Below are positions 1 through 10,322 of a DNA stretch of 64,000 nucleotides, in pieces. Made by a program: the position numbers and the translations under genes. Position 1 is the stretch's first letter. Each line of letters begins with the position of its first letter. The stretch is from IMG/VR virus record IMGVR_UViG_3300033463_000038, positions 55,673-119,672 of that record; one strand, given 5' to 3'. The notes beneath the pieces are model-generated. The model made no database searches. It saw only the letters and a list, made by a program, of their open reading frames with translations, and was not told where the DNA came from. This DNA is from a virus (lineage: Duplodnaviria; Caudoviricetes).

Positions 1-11
1 CTTTCTTTGCT

Positions 12-19
12 TATAAATA
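12..19 (+). promoter_or_regulatory. T4-type late promoter (TATAAATA)
   Basis: Exact TATAAATA upstream of SD (GAGGA) and ATG 38. Exact copies also at 7881, 20572, 22334, 29688, 32743, 36479, 39465, 41376, 48170, 61177, 63084 (+) and 39450, 61173 (-). Confidence 0.75.
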
Positions 20-37
20 ACTTAAGAGGAATTTCTT

Positions 38-529
38 ATGAAGAGATTTATGGATTTCAGAGAAAAGCGCATCGACGAGGCTGAACCAGTTCAACAGCAA
101 GCCTCACCACAGCCTAAAGAAGCGCCAAAAGAGCCTGTAGAAGCTCCAAAAGCTGAGCCTCAGGATGCACCTAAGGAAGAGAAGCCAAAGAGCCTTAGAG
201 AGACGTTAGCGGACAAAATTAAGCCGCAGATGGAATCTGCATTGAGCATCGTGAACGGCATTCAGACTGCATTCCAGGACAGATGCGCAAATACGACTAA
301 GTATGACGCAATGGGTGACCAGATCAAGAACTTCGAGAAGCAGATCCGTGGCGCTTGTGAGCAGGTCATCGCGATGGTCGAACAGGAAAAGTTCGACTGG
401 AAGAACTGGGACAACTGCTCTCCGAAGTCTTACAACGTGATCACGAAGTACAAAGATCGCGACTTCGACGTTCTGAAGCTCTCCGCTGCAGTGATCGTAT
501 TCTACAACAGCTTGATAGGAAAGAACTAA
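38..529 (+). CDS. hypothetical late protein, possible head-internal protein
   Basis: 163 aa with late promoter and SD; N-terminus MKRFMDFREKRIDE resembles T4 capsid-targeting leaders; Pro/Glu-rich linker. Confidence 0.6.
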   Translation: MKRFMDFREKRIDEAEPVQQQASPQPKEAPKEPVEAPKAEPQDAPKEEKPKSLRETLADKIKPQMESALSIVNGIQTAFQDRCANTTKYDAMGDQIKNFEKQIRGACEQVIAMVEQEKFDWKNWDNCSPKSYNVITKYKDRDFDVLKLSAAVIVFYNSLIGKN

Positions 530-530
530 C

Positions 531-932
531 ATGAGATATCTAGTCGAAAAGCTACTACTCGAACAGCCACATGTCTTTCTCGACATGGACGAAGAGTCTG
601 AAGATGCTGGCGGAATCTGGGATTTCTGTGCAGAAGATCGTCCGAAGACTTGGATCATTCAGTTGATCAAGCTATATGCGATGCACAAGCTAGAGACTCT
701 GAATCCGAGAAAGAACAACTCGACCGTCTTGTATTTGACTCCAGACGAAGTCGAGATGTTCACACAGCACATGGCCGAAGATCCGTTCTTCATCATCCAG
801 GCTAAGAGCTGCGTCGACAAGATGAAGAGAGATAATCAAGATAAAGCGATTCGATTGCTTCAGAAGTACCTACCAGACGCGCTTCTTTCGAAGATAGGAA
901 TCTCAAAAGAAGTTGAACTGGAGGAAGTATGA
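531..932 (+). CDS. hypothetical protein
   Basis: 133-aa ORF starting 1 nt after the upstream stop. Confidence 0.65.
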   Translation: MRYLVEKLLLEQPHVFLDMDEESEDAGGIWDFCAEDRPKTWIIQLIKLYAMHKLETLNPRKNNSTVLYLTPDEVEMFTQHMAEDPFFIIQAKSCVDKMKRDNQDKAIRLLQKYLPDALLSKIGISKEVELEEV

Positions 933-1060
933 GCGTAAGAGTCCGAAAGCCTATCAAAAAGGTTCAAGAGACAGAACCTAAGAAAATCTTAAAGGAAATT
1001 CCGATCCGTAAAAAGAAGAGTGAATCTACTGTATCGAGTGACGTTGGTACAGCTCCTTGA
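929..1060 (+). CDS. small basic hypothetical protein (43 aa)
   Basis: ATGA overlap with the upstream gene, GGAGG SD; MSVRVRKPIKKVQETEPKKILKEIPIRKKK...; not in the ORF track. Confidence 0.35.
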   Translation: MSVRVRKPIKKVQETEPKKILKEIPIRKKKSESTVSSDVGTAP

Positions 1061-2114
1061 ACGAGCTGAACACCTTGACTTTGTCACTGATATCTGAGCT
1101 GTCGTCGATATACTTCTTTGCTAGACTCAGCAGAGTGATTTTCGAGACATCGATCTTCTCTATCGATGTCTTTTCTTCTCTGCGCTGGTAGATCGGATTG
1201 ACAGGATACGCTGGCTCGTAGCTTTCGATCTTCTCAAGGTACTCGTTCACCTTGTTCATGTATTTCGAATCTTCCCAACCGATCTCGACATCAATTATGT
1301 TGCCCTGAATGAAGGTCTTTGGATCCTCGGGCATATCTGGGTACTTGAGCTTCTTGTACTCGATGCAGTGCTCGTTACGGATAAATTCCATCTCTTCCGT
1401 GTAAGTGTCGAGAATGTAGAATCCTTTATCTTCGATCTCGGAGCGATTGAGCTGGTATGGAGAGCCCAAATAGGTCAGTTTGCAGTCACCCTGTGTAGTT
1501 TCCGAGTGAATGTGATAATGGCCCGTATAGATGTGTTTCCAGTGCTTAAACAGCTCTTCTTTGTCGAATCCTTGCTCGGCGCGGTTGTTGAAGATGTCCA
1601 TCTTTGCGCCTAGCACGTCCAAGTGACCGAATAGGCGCGTAATTCCACTCGTCATCGTGTGCTTTTTCTCGACAGTGTTTCTGAACTCTTCGTAGTCCGT
1701 AACCCACGGCAGAAGGAGTGTGTCGTGATCTCTTCCCTCTTCTATGCAACGCTGAGGATCGAGACTAATTCTCAACGGCCTATCTATGATGCACACGTTC
1801 TTGATGCGGTCCAATACGACCAACGAACTAATGTCCATCGAATTCTTGTAATAGAGGTCGTGATTGCCGAGAATGATGTACCAGATCACTTCGCCCTCGT
1901 GTCGCTTGAAGAAGTCGATCACTCTGTTTATCGTCAAAACGTTCACTGCATGACGAGTGTCGAACAGGTCGCCCAGAACGAAGATTTTCTCTATTCCTCG
2001 CTCTTTGCAGTCGTTGACCATCTGCTCCATGAATGCGAATTGAGAATCTTGGAATTTCTTGTCTGAATCTTTTACGCCAAAGTGGATGTCGCTAACTAGG
2101 GCTACCTTGCTCAT
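1026..2114 (-). CDS. 47: recombination endonuclease, Mre11/SbcD-like (T4 gp47)
   Basis: Metallophosphoesterase motifs SDIHFG, LGDLFD, LGNHD, GHL, GHYH; paired with gp46. Confidence 0.93.
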   Translation of the reverse strand: MSKVALVSDIHFGVKDSDKKFQDSQFAFMEQMVNDCKERGIEKIFVLGDLFDTRHAVNVLTINRVIDFFKRHEGEVIWYIILGNHDLYYKNSMDISSLVVLDRIKNVCIIDRPLRISLDPQRCIEEGRDHDTLLLPWVTDYEEFRNTVEKKHTMTSGITRLFGHLDVLGAKMDIFNNRAEQGFDKEELFKHWKHIYTGHYHIHSETTQGDCKLTYLGSPYQLNRSEIEDKGFYILDTYTEEMEFIRNEHCIEYKKLKYPDMPEDPKTFIQGNIIDVEIGWEDSKYMNKVNEYLEKIESYEPAYPVNPIYQRREEKTSIEKIDVSKITLLSLAKKYIDDSSDISDKVKVFSSFKELYQRHSIQ

Positions 2115-3873
2115 TTCTATCCTTTACCAACTGGCTGAAGCAGCCCTTCTTCTGGACTCTCAGCGTCTCGAACTTATATTGTATTTGACTAAAATTTAGA
2201 TCATTTAGCTTGTGAGAAATTAGGTACACGCCGAGATTGCTGTCGCCTTGAATCATCGTGATCAGCTCTTTCAGGAAGTCCGTAATGCCTTCGCCGTCGA
2301 TGCCAGTGTCGAAGATCTCGTCCATGAACAGAATAGAGCTAGACCAGTTAGACAGCTGTTTAGCGATATCGTAGAACGTGAGCAGCATAGCGACGTTCAC
2401 TCTCGTCTTCTCGCCGTTCGATAGTCCGTTGTATTCCATTTCGAACGCGCCACGAGTGAGCGTATACTCGAGCATGCTGTCGAAAATGACTTCGACGTTC
2501 AAGCCGAACTTCTTGATGTACTCGTTGATCTTGAGATTCAGAATCGGAACGATCTCCTCGAAGAAGTAGCGCTTGATTCCGCTGTCCGACAGAATCGTGA
2601 TGAGATCCGTTGCGATCGCAATTCTCTCTGAGGTGTCGTCGAGAGTGTCGTTGCAGATTTTGAGCTGCTTTCGATACTCTTCTACGCGCTTTCTCTGGTC
2701 GGTCGGATCGAACCCGTTTGTCTCAGCCTCGATCTCTCTATACTGCTGCTCGTCGTAAGAAATGCCACGTTTCAATCCCTCGATGACCGTCTGCTCTGTC
2801 GAAATTCTGCTCTTCACTTTTTCGTAAAAAGCCTTAGAGTTGCGCATCTTCTCAGCGCTTTCCTCGTCTGCTTTCTGCTTCTCGTTCAGAGTGTCGTAGA
2901 ATCTCTGCTCCATGTTGATCTCTGCGAGAATTCCGTCGAAATACTCTTTCGCGTGATCCGAGCAAAAATCTGTCCCGCATATCGGACACTTGTTCTTATC
3001 GTGGAAGTCGTAAATCTTCGTAAGGCTCGTCACCTTCGCCTTGTGATCTGCGAGTCCAGAGACGCGCTCACGGATCCTCGTCATCGTGTCATCGAGTTCC
3101 GCAAAGTCGGACTCGAGTTCGGCGCACTTCTCTTCGCACTTTTGAATGTTGCTCTCATGCTTCACCAAGTCGGATTTCTGCTGTTCGATATGCTCTTTCA
3201 CCTTCTCTAGCCTGTCCGCTTTGTTCGTTTCGAAATTGCGGCTCTTCTGCTCCATGTCAGCGATGATCTGGATCAAGTCGTCTATCGAGTTCTCGAGGCC
3301 CTTCTTAGTTGCGCTCATCGTCTTGATGGTGATGTTGTCGTTAGAGCGTCGTTCCTTCACCTCGTCGAGCATATCCGCGATGTTCGTGAGTCCGAATATC
3401 GTCTCGAGCAGCTCCCTTCTATCTGACAGACACATATTGAAGAACGGCACGTTCGAGATTGCGCCGATACACATCACATTCTTGAACAGCAGATATTTGA
3501 CGCCGAGCAGTTTGTCGATCTCGAGCTGATTGAGCTTCTTCGAGCTCAGCGCCTCTACCATCTCTCCGTTCTTGTACAGTTCGAACTTAGACGGCGCAAG
3601 GCCTCTCAGCATGCGGTAGGAATCCTTGCCGATGTCGAACTGGATCTCTACCTCTAAGTGGCGCTTATTGATGTAGTTTACCAGGCTCTTCATTTTGATG
3701 TCACGATAGGGCTTACCGAAGAGCACGAACGAGATAGCGTCAACGATTGTCGATTTTCCTGCGCCGTTCTGAGCGTTGATCAGGTTGAGTTTGTTGTTGA
3801 AGTTCAGGGTAGTCCACCCGTTGCCATAGGACAGGAAGTTCTTGAACTTGAGCGTATTAAACTTGATATACAT
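2092..3873 (-). CDS. 46: recombination ATPase, Rad50/SbcC-like (T4 gp46)
   Basis: KNFLSYGN, Walker A NGAGKST, coiled coil with CPIC zinc hook, LSNGEK signature, MDEIFD Walker B, ISH. Confidence 0.95.
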   Translation of the reverse strand: MYIKFNTLKFKNFLSYGNGWTTLNFNNKLNLINAQNGAGKSTIVDAISFVLFGKPYRDIKMKSLVNYINKRHLEVEIQFDIGKDSYRMLRGLAPSKFELYKNGEMVEALSSKKLNQLEIDKLLGVKYLLFKNVMCIGAISNVPFFNMCLSDRRELLETIFGLTNIADMLDEVKERRSNDNITIKTMSATKKGLENSIDDLIQIIADMEQKSRNFETNKADRLEKVKEHIEQQKSDLVKHESNIQKCEEKCAELESDFAELDDTMTRIRERVSGLADHKAKVTSLTKIYDFHDKNKCPICGTDFCSDHAKEYFDGILAEINMEQRFYDTLNEKQKADEESAEKMRNSKAFYEKVKSRISTEQTVIEGLKRGISYDEQQYREIEAETNGFDPTDQRKRVEEYRKQLKICNDTLDDTSERIAIATDLITILSDSGIKRYFFEEIVPILNLKINEYIKKFGLNVEVIFDSMLEYTLTRGAFEMEYNGLSNGEKTRVNVAMLLTFYDIAKQLSNWSSSILFMDEIFDTGIDGEGITDFLKELITMIQGDSNLGVYLISHKLNDLNFSQIQYKFETLRVQKKGCFSQLVKDRNEQGSPS

Positions 3874-3926
3874 TTCGACAGTAAATATAAAATTCCTATT
3901 TTTACGCAAATTTCGAGCTTTCTGGG

Positions 3927-3955
3927 TTTAGAAAATCGTCAAAATTTGCTATATT
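3927..3955 (+). promoter_or_regulatory. early promoter, TTTAGA-N17-TATATT family
   Basis: One of 7 copies with identical 17-bp spacing; precedes a cluster of small genes. Confidence 0.7.
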
Positions 3956-3985
3956 GTATATGTAAACTTTGAAAGGAACTCAACT

Positions 3986-4168
3986 ATGAGCGATGAAGAC
4001 AAGAAGCTGCTTATGGAGAAAATCAAAAAGTATGGCGAGTTGATGGCAGAAGGACGCTATTTTGCTGCTCGTCATAACCTCAAATTGATCGAAAAGTCGA
4101 TCAAAACTGACAAAGAACAGTTCTTCGATTGGGTGGACGAGAATAATGGATCAATTCGCAGATACTAG
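3986..4168 (+). CDS. hypothetical early protein
   Basis: 60 aa, AAGGA SD. Confidence 0.55.
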   Translation: MSDEDKKLLMEKIKKYGELMAEGRYFAARHNLKLIEKSIKTDKEQFFDWVDENNGSIRRY

Positions 4169-4361
4169 AAAACCTTATTTCAGCGAGCGCACTAGTGAGA
4201 TGGTGTGCCCATACTGTGGCTACATTCACGAGTGCAGTGAAGAGCTGTCTAGCGACAGCAGTGAGTACGAGTGCGAAGTATGTGGCCGCGAATTTCACTA
4301 CGAAAGAGAAACTGAAGTGTACTATAGCACTTACCGCAAAGAGGATAAAGAAGAATGCTAG
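4146..4361 (+). CDS. small zinc-ribbon protein
   Basis: CPYCG...CEVCG pair. Confidence 0.65.
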   Translation: MDQFADTRKPYFSERTSEMVCPYCGYIHECSEELSSDSSEYECEVCGREFHYERETEVYYSTYRKEDKEEC

Positions 4362-4672
4362 GCTACGATTCTTATAGCAGAGAGGATCTCGAGTCTATGC
4401 TCGACAAAGAGCGCGAGAAGGTAAAAGAGCTCGAAAAGAAGATTGAAGATATGCAAGCCAACGAGTATGTCCGTTCAGTCGATGACGGAATGGAGATCCG
4501 TCGTTTGCACCGCTGCGTAGTCCGAATGACAAGACAGTGGCTTAGCGCAGTCGACGACATGTATAGCCGTCTAGACGACGTTCACGGACTCGACGACCAA
4601 GATGTCTTAGACTGGGACAAAGTAACAACCCTTCACGAAAAGTTGAAGAAAGTTTTAGAAAAGTGGAAGTGA
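4355..4672 (+). CDS. hypothetical coiled-coil protein
   Basis: 105 aa, overlaps the upstream gene. Confidence 0.55.
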   Translation: MLGYDSYSREDLESMLDKEREKVKELEKKIEDMQANEYVRSVDDGMEIRRLHRCVVRMTRQWLSAVDDMYSRLDDVHGLDDQDVLDWDKVTTLHEKLKKVLEKWK

Positions 4673-4673
4673 T

Positions 4674-5084
4674 ATGCTCAAAGAAGACTTTTTGAAATTT
4701 CAGGAAATGGCGCTCGAAGATGTAGTGATGCCAGAGAACCCGGACGACATTCTGGAAAAGAATATGCAGATTCCGGGTATGAAGCAGAAGTATATCGACG
4801 CTTACCGCAAACAAGTAGCAGTCGTAGCTACACTAGAGACCAAGTTGGAAGAAGCTACAGCTCGAGCGAAGAACAAGTTGAAGGACGGCGGATACGCTTA
4901 CACAGCGAAGGAAGCAACAGAGCAGACTGCGCTCGACGACGAGGTCGCAAAGATCAATCGTGCTTTGATCGAGCAGCGCTACTACATGGGTTGGCTCGAA
5001 GACACAGCAGCTAACATCACTTCACTGTCTTTCACGATCAAAAACTGGTTGAAGTGGAAAGAGATCATCTCTACCAACTACTAA
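4674..5084 (+). CDS. uvsY: recombination mediator, UvsY-like
   Basis: 136 aa helical protein ending ITSLSFTIKNWLKWKE, like the UvsY C-terminal motif; T4-like context. Confidence 0.65.
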   Translation: MLKEDFLKFQEMALEDVVMPENPDDILEKNMQIPGMKQKYIDAYRKQVAVVATLETKLEEATARAKNKLKDGGYAYTAKEATEQTALDDEVAKINRALIEQRYYMGWLEDTAANITSLSFTIKNWLKWKEIISTNY

Positions 5085-5138
5085 GAGGTAAGTATGAGTA
5101 AGAGAGTTTCTAGAACGCTTAGCTAAAGAGATTACTTA

Positions 5139-5948
5139 TTAAGCCTTGACGTTAGTGTTTCCGCCGTTAGTAGGAGCACCAGTCACGAAACAGAAGGGAT
5201 GAGCGCAGACCAACGTCTTCAGACTATTTCTACCCAGATTGACGTCTCCTAGAACAGCGTCTATGTTGACGTCTTTCCTCGCATTCAAGTTTACTACGCC
5301 GTTAGCTGTCAAGTCGAAATCTCCTTCGAGAGTAACTGACATCTTTGCAGCTCCATCCGTGTCAATCTTCTTGGACAGACTCTGTTCAACCGATATGCTG
5401 CCATTTGGATCAATCTGAATCTTCAATCCAGAACGATGATTTATCTTCATCAAACCAGTCTTTCGATTGAGCGTTACTCCTTCACCGTCGTCTGTCTTCA
5501 TCAAGACCATCGTATTCGGATAGTCTGAATTGACTGCGTCGTCCATGATGCTCTCACCTGGACTTCTCATTCCAAGGAATGATTCTACCGCTGCTACCAA
5601 CGGGTTCTCTGCAGTGATTATTCCTGTGTAGATCGGCTTCATCAAGTCGCCGTTCTCGAAGTATCCTCGTACTATCGAATCAACGGGAGGAACGACTAGG
5701 TTAGAAGAGCTCGCTCCAAGATATGTTCCTTCTGGAATAGCCCACGGAAGCACTTCATCTTGAACATTGTCATAGTAGCCGAAGATTCGGATTCGTACTC
5801 TACCAAGCTTCAGAGAATCATTGTTGTTTACAACCTTTCCAGTCCATCGATCATGATTTTTCTCATTGCTTGATGCAGCGATATCGAAACCTTCCATAGG
5901 ATCTTCAGTGATATTTCCATATCTCTCTGCTAACTCTTCATCTCTCAT
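5139..5948 (-). CDS. 5: baseplate central spike, gp5-like OB fold plus beta-helix, no lysozyme domain
   Basis: WTGKVVNNNDSLKLGRVRIRIFG...LPWAIP...VRGYFENGD..PI (gp5/Vgr OB fold), then short beta repeats and a CAHPFCFVTGAP tip. Confidence 0.8.
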   Translation of the reverse strand: MRDEELAERYGNITEDPMEGFDIAASSNEKNHDRWTGKVVNNNDSLKLGRVRIRIFGYYDNVQDEVLPWAIPEGTYLGASSSNLVVPPVDSIVRGYFENGDLMKPIYTGIITAENPLVAAVESFLGMRSPGESIMDDAVNSDYPNTMVLMKTDDGEGVTLNRKTGLMKINHRSGLKIQIDPNGSISVEQSLSKKIDTDGAAKMSVTLEGDFDLTANGVVNLNARKDVNIDAVLGDVNLGRNSLKTLVCAHPFCFVTGAPTNGGNTNVKA

Positions 5949-6805
5949 CGACTGACTCCTTTAGGTTTACTTCCCTTCTTGAGATTCTCCGATTCCTTCT
6001 GCGCCATATCGTTTACTGTAGCGATAAGAAGCTCTACTTCGTTGTACGGCATATCGTCATTGATCACGACACCGCAGTATTTGCTGACCTGAATCTGGTT
6101 TCTGATCATCGTAATCGTATTTACGCGATTGAATAGATTTATATCTCGGATATCGACTCCTACTCTCAACTCTCTTCCGCAGTCAGTACAGATCAAATTA
6201 GTCCATGACTCGATACCGAACATCGCATCTTCGGCTAAATGTTTCAATTTAGAGAACGTGTCTGCTGGTAGTTCTAGAATGTCACTCTCTATGTTCTCGT
6301 TGTCGAAATGATCGGCTATGTCGGTCCAGTTCAAGATGTTCTCGATGTCGTGATCCTTCGATACGTACTTTTTGTCAGAAATCTTTCTGTGTACGCCAGA
6401 GATCTTCACACCTCCGATATAGATGCTTCTCAGTACGCTCTCATCGATATTCTTGACATGAAGGCTGCTCATCTGGAATTCTGAGCTAACCCTAGATCTA
6501 CAATATGGACACACAAATTCAGTCTGGTAGCTGTTAGAGAGCTGAAACGTGTTGGTCCTCAGATAGAATACCAACGTTAGCCGATCTCCTTCGAGAATGT
6601 CTTTGAATTCCAGATTCTCTATCAGCAAGCATCTCTCAAGGATCGAATTCACCATCTGCCTAGAGTTCTTTTCGTTAATAGCAGCTAGAAATTTGAGATC
6701 TCTGACATTGAGACATCGAAACTTTATGGTAGCGCTCTCTGGATATTCTTTTCCTCTGCTCGGCAGTGCAGCCAAAGGTATATCCCAATAGTTGAATTCG
6801 TTCAT
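5945..6805 (-). CDS. baseplate hub assembly protein, T4 gp26-like
   Basis: LPSRGKEYP, DILEGDRLTLVFYLR, two CxxC pairs; adjacent to gp5. Confidence 0.7.
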   Translation of the reverse strand: MNEFNYWDIPLAALPSRGKEYPESATIKFRCLNVRDLKFLAAINEKNSRQMVNSILERCLLIENLEFKDILEGDRLTLVFYLRTNTFQLSNSYQTEFVCPYCRSRVSSEFQMSSLHVKNIDESVLRSIYIGGVKISGVHRKISDKKYVSKDHDIENILNWTDIADHFDNENIESDILELPADTFSKLKHLAEDAMFGIESWTNLICTDCGRELRVGVDIRDINLFNRVNTITMIRNQIQVSKYCGVVINDDMPYNEVELLIATVNDMAQKESENLKKGSKPKGVSR

Positions 6806-6852
6806 GAGTTATATTCGATCCATGTATATAAGAATATATAGCGAGGTTTGAA

Positions 6853-7875
6853 ATGTCAGAGAGCAACTGGAAGACTGAAGGATATAATCCGGAAGAGCAT
6901 GGCTGGTGGAAAGCCACACTTGACGATAAAGATAATCTGGGTTATCCGACTGGCTATTACTATGCTGACACTATGCGAGCAATCATGGTCGCATTCACTA
7001 AATTCTTCAACGACGTGTATGTGATCCGATACGACGAACAGGGTTATCCCAGAAAGAGCATTAGAGTTCCGATCAAGTTCGGTCCGAGATCGAAGGCTCA
7101 CGACTTCAGAAAAGAAGAAGAGTCTGGAGAGGATTACACTATTCCTCTACCGAACATGTACTACAAGTTCACTGGTTTCCAGTACGACAGCACTAGAGCT
7201 GCATCTTCGAATTCGATACGCACATTCTATGAGAACTATCTCTTGTCTAAAGGAATCGAAGAGGGCGAGTGTCAGCTTCTATGGGAGGACACTCAGCCAG
7301 TTCCATACAACATCACTTTCGAGATGACCGCAAAAACTGAGCTCTTCGCAGATCTACTGCAGATCATCGAGCAGATATCTTCGAGATTCAATCCAGACGC
7401 ATTCCTGTTCATCAAGGAATTCTGGTTCATGAACATCCGTAGAGATATCAAGATGAAGCTAGACAGCGTCTCGATAGACTTTCAGGACGAGTTTGGAGAG
7501 CAAGATAAGCGAGAGCTAGAAGCTAAATTCTCTTTCACGATCGAGGGCCAGGTCTACACGAAGATCGAGCATGGCGCTATCATCGACCGCATCATCGCTG
7601 TTCTGAATCCTGCTATCGCAGTATACAAGGACGGATCCGACGTTCCAGACAGATACAAGTCGATCATCGACGTATCAGGAAACTACAGAGAAGAGCCAGG
7701 AACATACGATCCAGATACGAACACTTGGCAAGGCAGCATGACGGATCGCTACGATTTCGCTAACGTAACAGAGGAAAGCATCACGAATTCTGGACGTAAG
7801 GATTTCCTAAATAGCGCAAACGAGAAGGTCGATACCCAGTGGGCTAGCAGACATACTATCGAAGATGCTCAATAA
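6853..7875 (+). CDS. 15: tail sheath stabilizer / tail terminator (T4 gp15)
   Basis: YYYADTMRAIMVAFTKFFND...IRVPIKFGPRSK...PVPYNITFEM...QIIEQI. Confidence 0.85.
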   Translation: MSESNWKTEGYNPEEHGWWKATLDDKDNLGYPTGYYYADTMRAIMVAFTKFFNDVYVIRYDEQGYPRKSIRVPIKFGPRSKAHDFRKEEESGEDYTIPLPNMYYKFTGFQYDSTRAASSNSIRTFYENYLLSKGIEEGECQLLWEDTQPVPYNITFEMTAKTELFADLLQIIEQISSRFNPDAFLFIKEFWFMNIRRDIKMKLDSVSIDFQDEFGEQDKRELEAKFSFTIEGQVYTKIEHGAIIDRIIAVLNPAIAVYKDGSDVPDRYKSIIDVSGNYREEPGTYDPDTNTWQGSMTDRYDFANVTEESITNSGRKDFLNSANEKVDTQWASRHTIEDAQ

Positions 7876-7918
7876 ATCACTATAAATAAGCTGTAAAGAC
7901 TGAAAGAAGAGTACCCTA

Positions 7919-9283
7919 ATGGAAGATCAAGCTAGAAGATTAAAGGAGCTTAAATCGTCGCTAGACCGCATTGGCGATCTGGTTCTCTGGAATACGGAGA
8001 AATTAGGCACAATTATCGCTTCTGAAAGCAAAGACGAGCAAAAATCGATGAATCTCGTATATGGCAACATCGTCGACAGCATAAAGTCAGAGACGGAGCC
8101 TTTGAGAAACATAGTCATCGACCTGAAGTACTACTTCGATCGTCAAAATAACGAGATCACAGCGATTCTCAAGAATTCTTCTGTAATCATAGATACTGTC
8201 AAAGCTTCTGTAAAGAACGAAGATGAGCGTAACGCTGTCGAAGCGGATATCGAACGCAAGAACTCATTAGTTACGACAAGTCCAGTCGTAGAGAGCGTAG
8301 GAAAAGTCCAATCTACGGGTCTCGATCCGGAGCTGCAAAACAAGTTGAGCTTAGTCCTCGATTCTGCTGCTGGATTCTTCAAAAGCTGGGGAAATCCCGT
8401 CGAAGTTGGCGCAGCTCTCGCACTTCCAGTCGTCGGAGCTCTCGGAGTCGCTTTCGGCGGAGTCGTTCTGACCGTCAATAAGCTAGTTGACGGCATAACT
8501 GACATTATCGGAAAGGTGACTGACATGCCTTCTGGTATCGCTACAGCAGTAGGCGGAGCAGTCACTGGAGTTTTCAAAGCAACATCGAATCCGACAAATA
8601 TTGACGGATCGACGCTGAATTCTGCGATACTGATAGGCACTAAGCCGATATTGGATCAACTGACAAATATTGACGGATCAATCAAGAACGTCAAGATCGA
8701 AAATGCATCTCTAGGAGTAAATCTTGATCCAGTGTTGAGAGCTATCGACAACGTATCTTCATCGATCTCCTCTTCTATAGGTAATTGGAGTTTCTCTGCT
8801 CCAGTCGCTTATCCCGTAGTCGAAGAGCCGAAAGATGACATATCGTTCAAGACAAGGGTCATATCACTGCTAGAGAATCCAGTTCCAGTCGAAGTCATCG
8901 TACGTGAAGATTTGAGAAACTCTAATGGACAGCAGATTCGCGAAGACGTGTTCGCAGATGCAGTCCGTCCTCTAGTCAGAAACCAAGAAGCGATGTACAA
9001 TATGCTCTCTAGCAGTCTCAGAGAGCTCAGTCAGGCAGTCGCTACATTGAGCGTTCCTCCAGAAGTCGGAAGAACAGATCGTGTCACACGACTGAACGAC
9101 AACGTCAACATGACTGTCAATGACACAGCTATCGAGTTGATATTGACAGAGACTAGAACGATTGCACAAGCGATCGCTGGATTCCGTTCCGATTTTGGAA
9201 CTTTCAGTACAAATTGGACTGCTGCTAACTCCGAAAAGCGTCAAGAGCGTACCGGAGGCGAAACTGTCCTGTCTGGAGATTGA
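7919..9283 (+). CDS. late virion protein, possibly tape-measure or hub (gp29)-like
   Basis: Late promoter at 7881; helical with a central Ala/Gly/Val-rich hydrophobic stretch; function inferred. Confidence 0.4.
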   Translation: MEDQARRLKELKSSLDRIGDLVLWNTEKLGTIIASESKDEQKSMNLVYGNIVDSIKSETEPLRNIVIDLKYYFDRQNNEITAILKNSSVIIDTVKASVKNEDERNAVEADIERKNSLVTTSPVVESVGKVQSTGLDPELQNKLSLVLDSAAGFFKSWGNPVEVGAALALPVVGALGVAFGGVVLTVNKLVDGITDIIGKVTDMPSGIATAVGGAVTGVFKATSNPTNIDGSTLNSAILIGTKPILDQLTNIDGSIKNVKIENASLGVNLDPVLRAIDNVSSSISSSIGNWSFSAPVAYPVVEEPKDDISFKTRVISLLENPVPVEVIVREDLRNSNGQQIREDVFADAVRPLVRNQEAMYNMLSSSLRELSQAVATLSVPPEVGRTDRVTRLNDNVNMTVNDTAIELILTETRTIAQAIAGFRSDFGTFSTNWTAANSEKRQERTGGETVLSGD

Positions 9284-9296
9284 TGGAGGCTAGCTG

Positions 9297-10322
9297 ATGT
9301 TTGATATCATAAACATCTGGGGTGGAAGAGCTAGAGAAGGCCTAGTATACATAGAGCCGTTCTCTGATCAAGCATCTCTGCCAGAAAAAGACAACATGCC
9401 TCCGATGATCGCTTACCTGACTAAGTTTCCGACGATGAGCTATGGAACGGACTGGGGCGACTGGAATCACAGCAACACCGAGTTCGTATCAAGCAAGATC
9501 CAGGGATTAGCTGGAGGAGGAACCGTATCTGTCGGAAAAGAAAGCCGTGGAATAAAGACTGACTTCTTAGCTCTGCTAGCTGGATCTGAGTACAAAAATC
9601 CTATCTTGACTGACCAATGGACTCAGTTGATAGCGCAGAACGACCAAAAGAGCTACATCAATCTCGATCTAGAGCTTGTAGCATTTCCAGTCATTAGACC
9701 GAATACCAGAGCACATGTCGAAGGAATGAGATATGACTCCAGAAACATGGATGCAGTTCTAAACGTAAAGTACGACGGAAACACGAGAAGAGTGAACAGC
9801 TTCTGGGACTGGCTGAAGTTCGGAAAGACTGCTATGATGCCTTTAGAGAAATTCTCTTCTGCTGTAGTGCCACAGAATATGAATGCTATCTACAACAATA
9901 TGAACGGAACAAATGGAAAGATGGTCAAGCACGGCATTCACTCTATGGCTCACTTCGTCGACGGCTTCATTCCATCTTCTAAGACTACGATCTCAGACTC
10001 GATGAGAGATACGATCAAGGGAGCTGAAGAGGTAGCACAGGGTCTAGCAATCAATGGAACAAGAATCGGACATACGTTCACTGTTCAGCTGTTCGACTGC
10101 AATAGAAAGAAACTGTTGAATTCGAAAGCTCCAGCCTGTCCGATCGACTTCTATGTGACAAGCCTGAAGTTCAAGTTCTCTCCCAAAGTCGTCAAGATAA
10201 TCGACGACAACGGCAAAAGAAAAGGCGCAGCTCCAGAATGGTGCGAGATTTCTCTGTCTTTGACCAGCGTAACTATGCTCTCTATCGATCAAGTATTGGA
10301 CATGTGCAGCTATGAATATTGA
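9297..10322 (+). CDS. hypothetical virion (baseplate/tube-associated) protein
   Basis: 341 aa in a late operon; GGAGG SD. Confidence 0.5.
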   Translation: MFDIINIWGGRAREGLVYIEPFSDQASLPEKDNMPPMIAYLTKFPTMSYGTDWGDWNHSNTEFVSSKIQGLAGGGTVSVGKESRGIKTDFLALLAGSEYKNPILTDQWTQLIAQNDQKSYINLDLELVAFPVIRPNTRAHVEGMRYDSRNMDAVLNVKYDGNTRRVNSFWDWLKFGKTAMMPLEKFSSAVVPQNMNAIYNNMNGTNGKMVKHGIHSMAHFVDGFIPSSKTTISDSMRDTIKGAEEVAQGLAINGTRIGHTFTVQLFDCNRKKLLNSKAPACPIDFYVTSLKFKFSPKVVKIIDDNGKRKGAAPEWCEISLSLTSVTMLSIDQVLDMCSYEY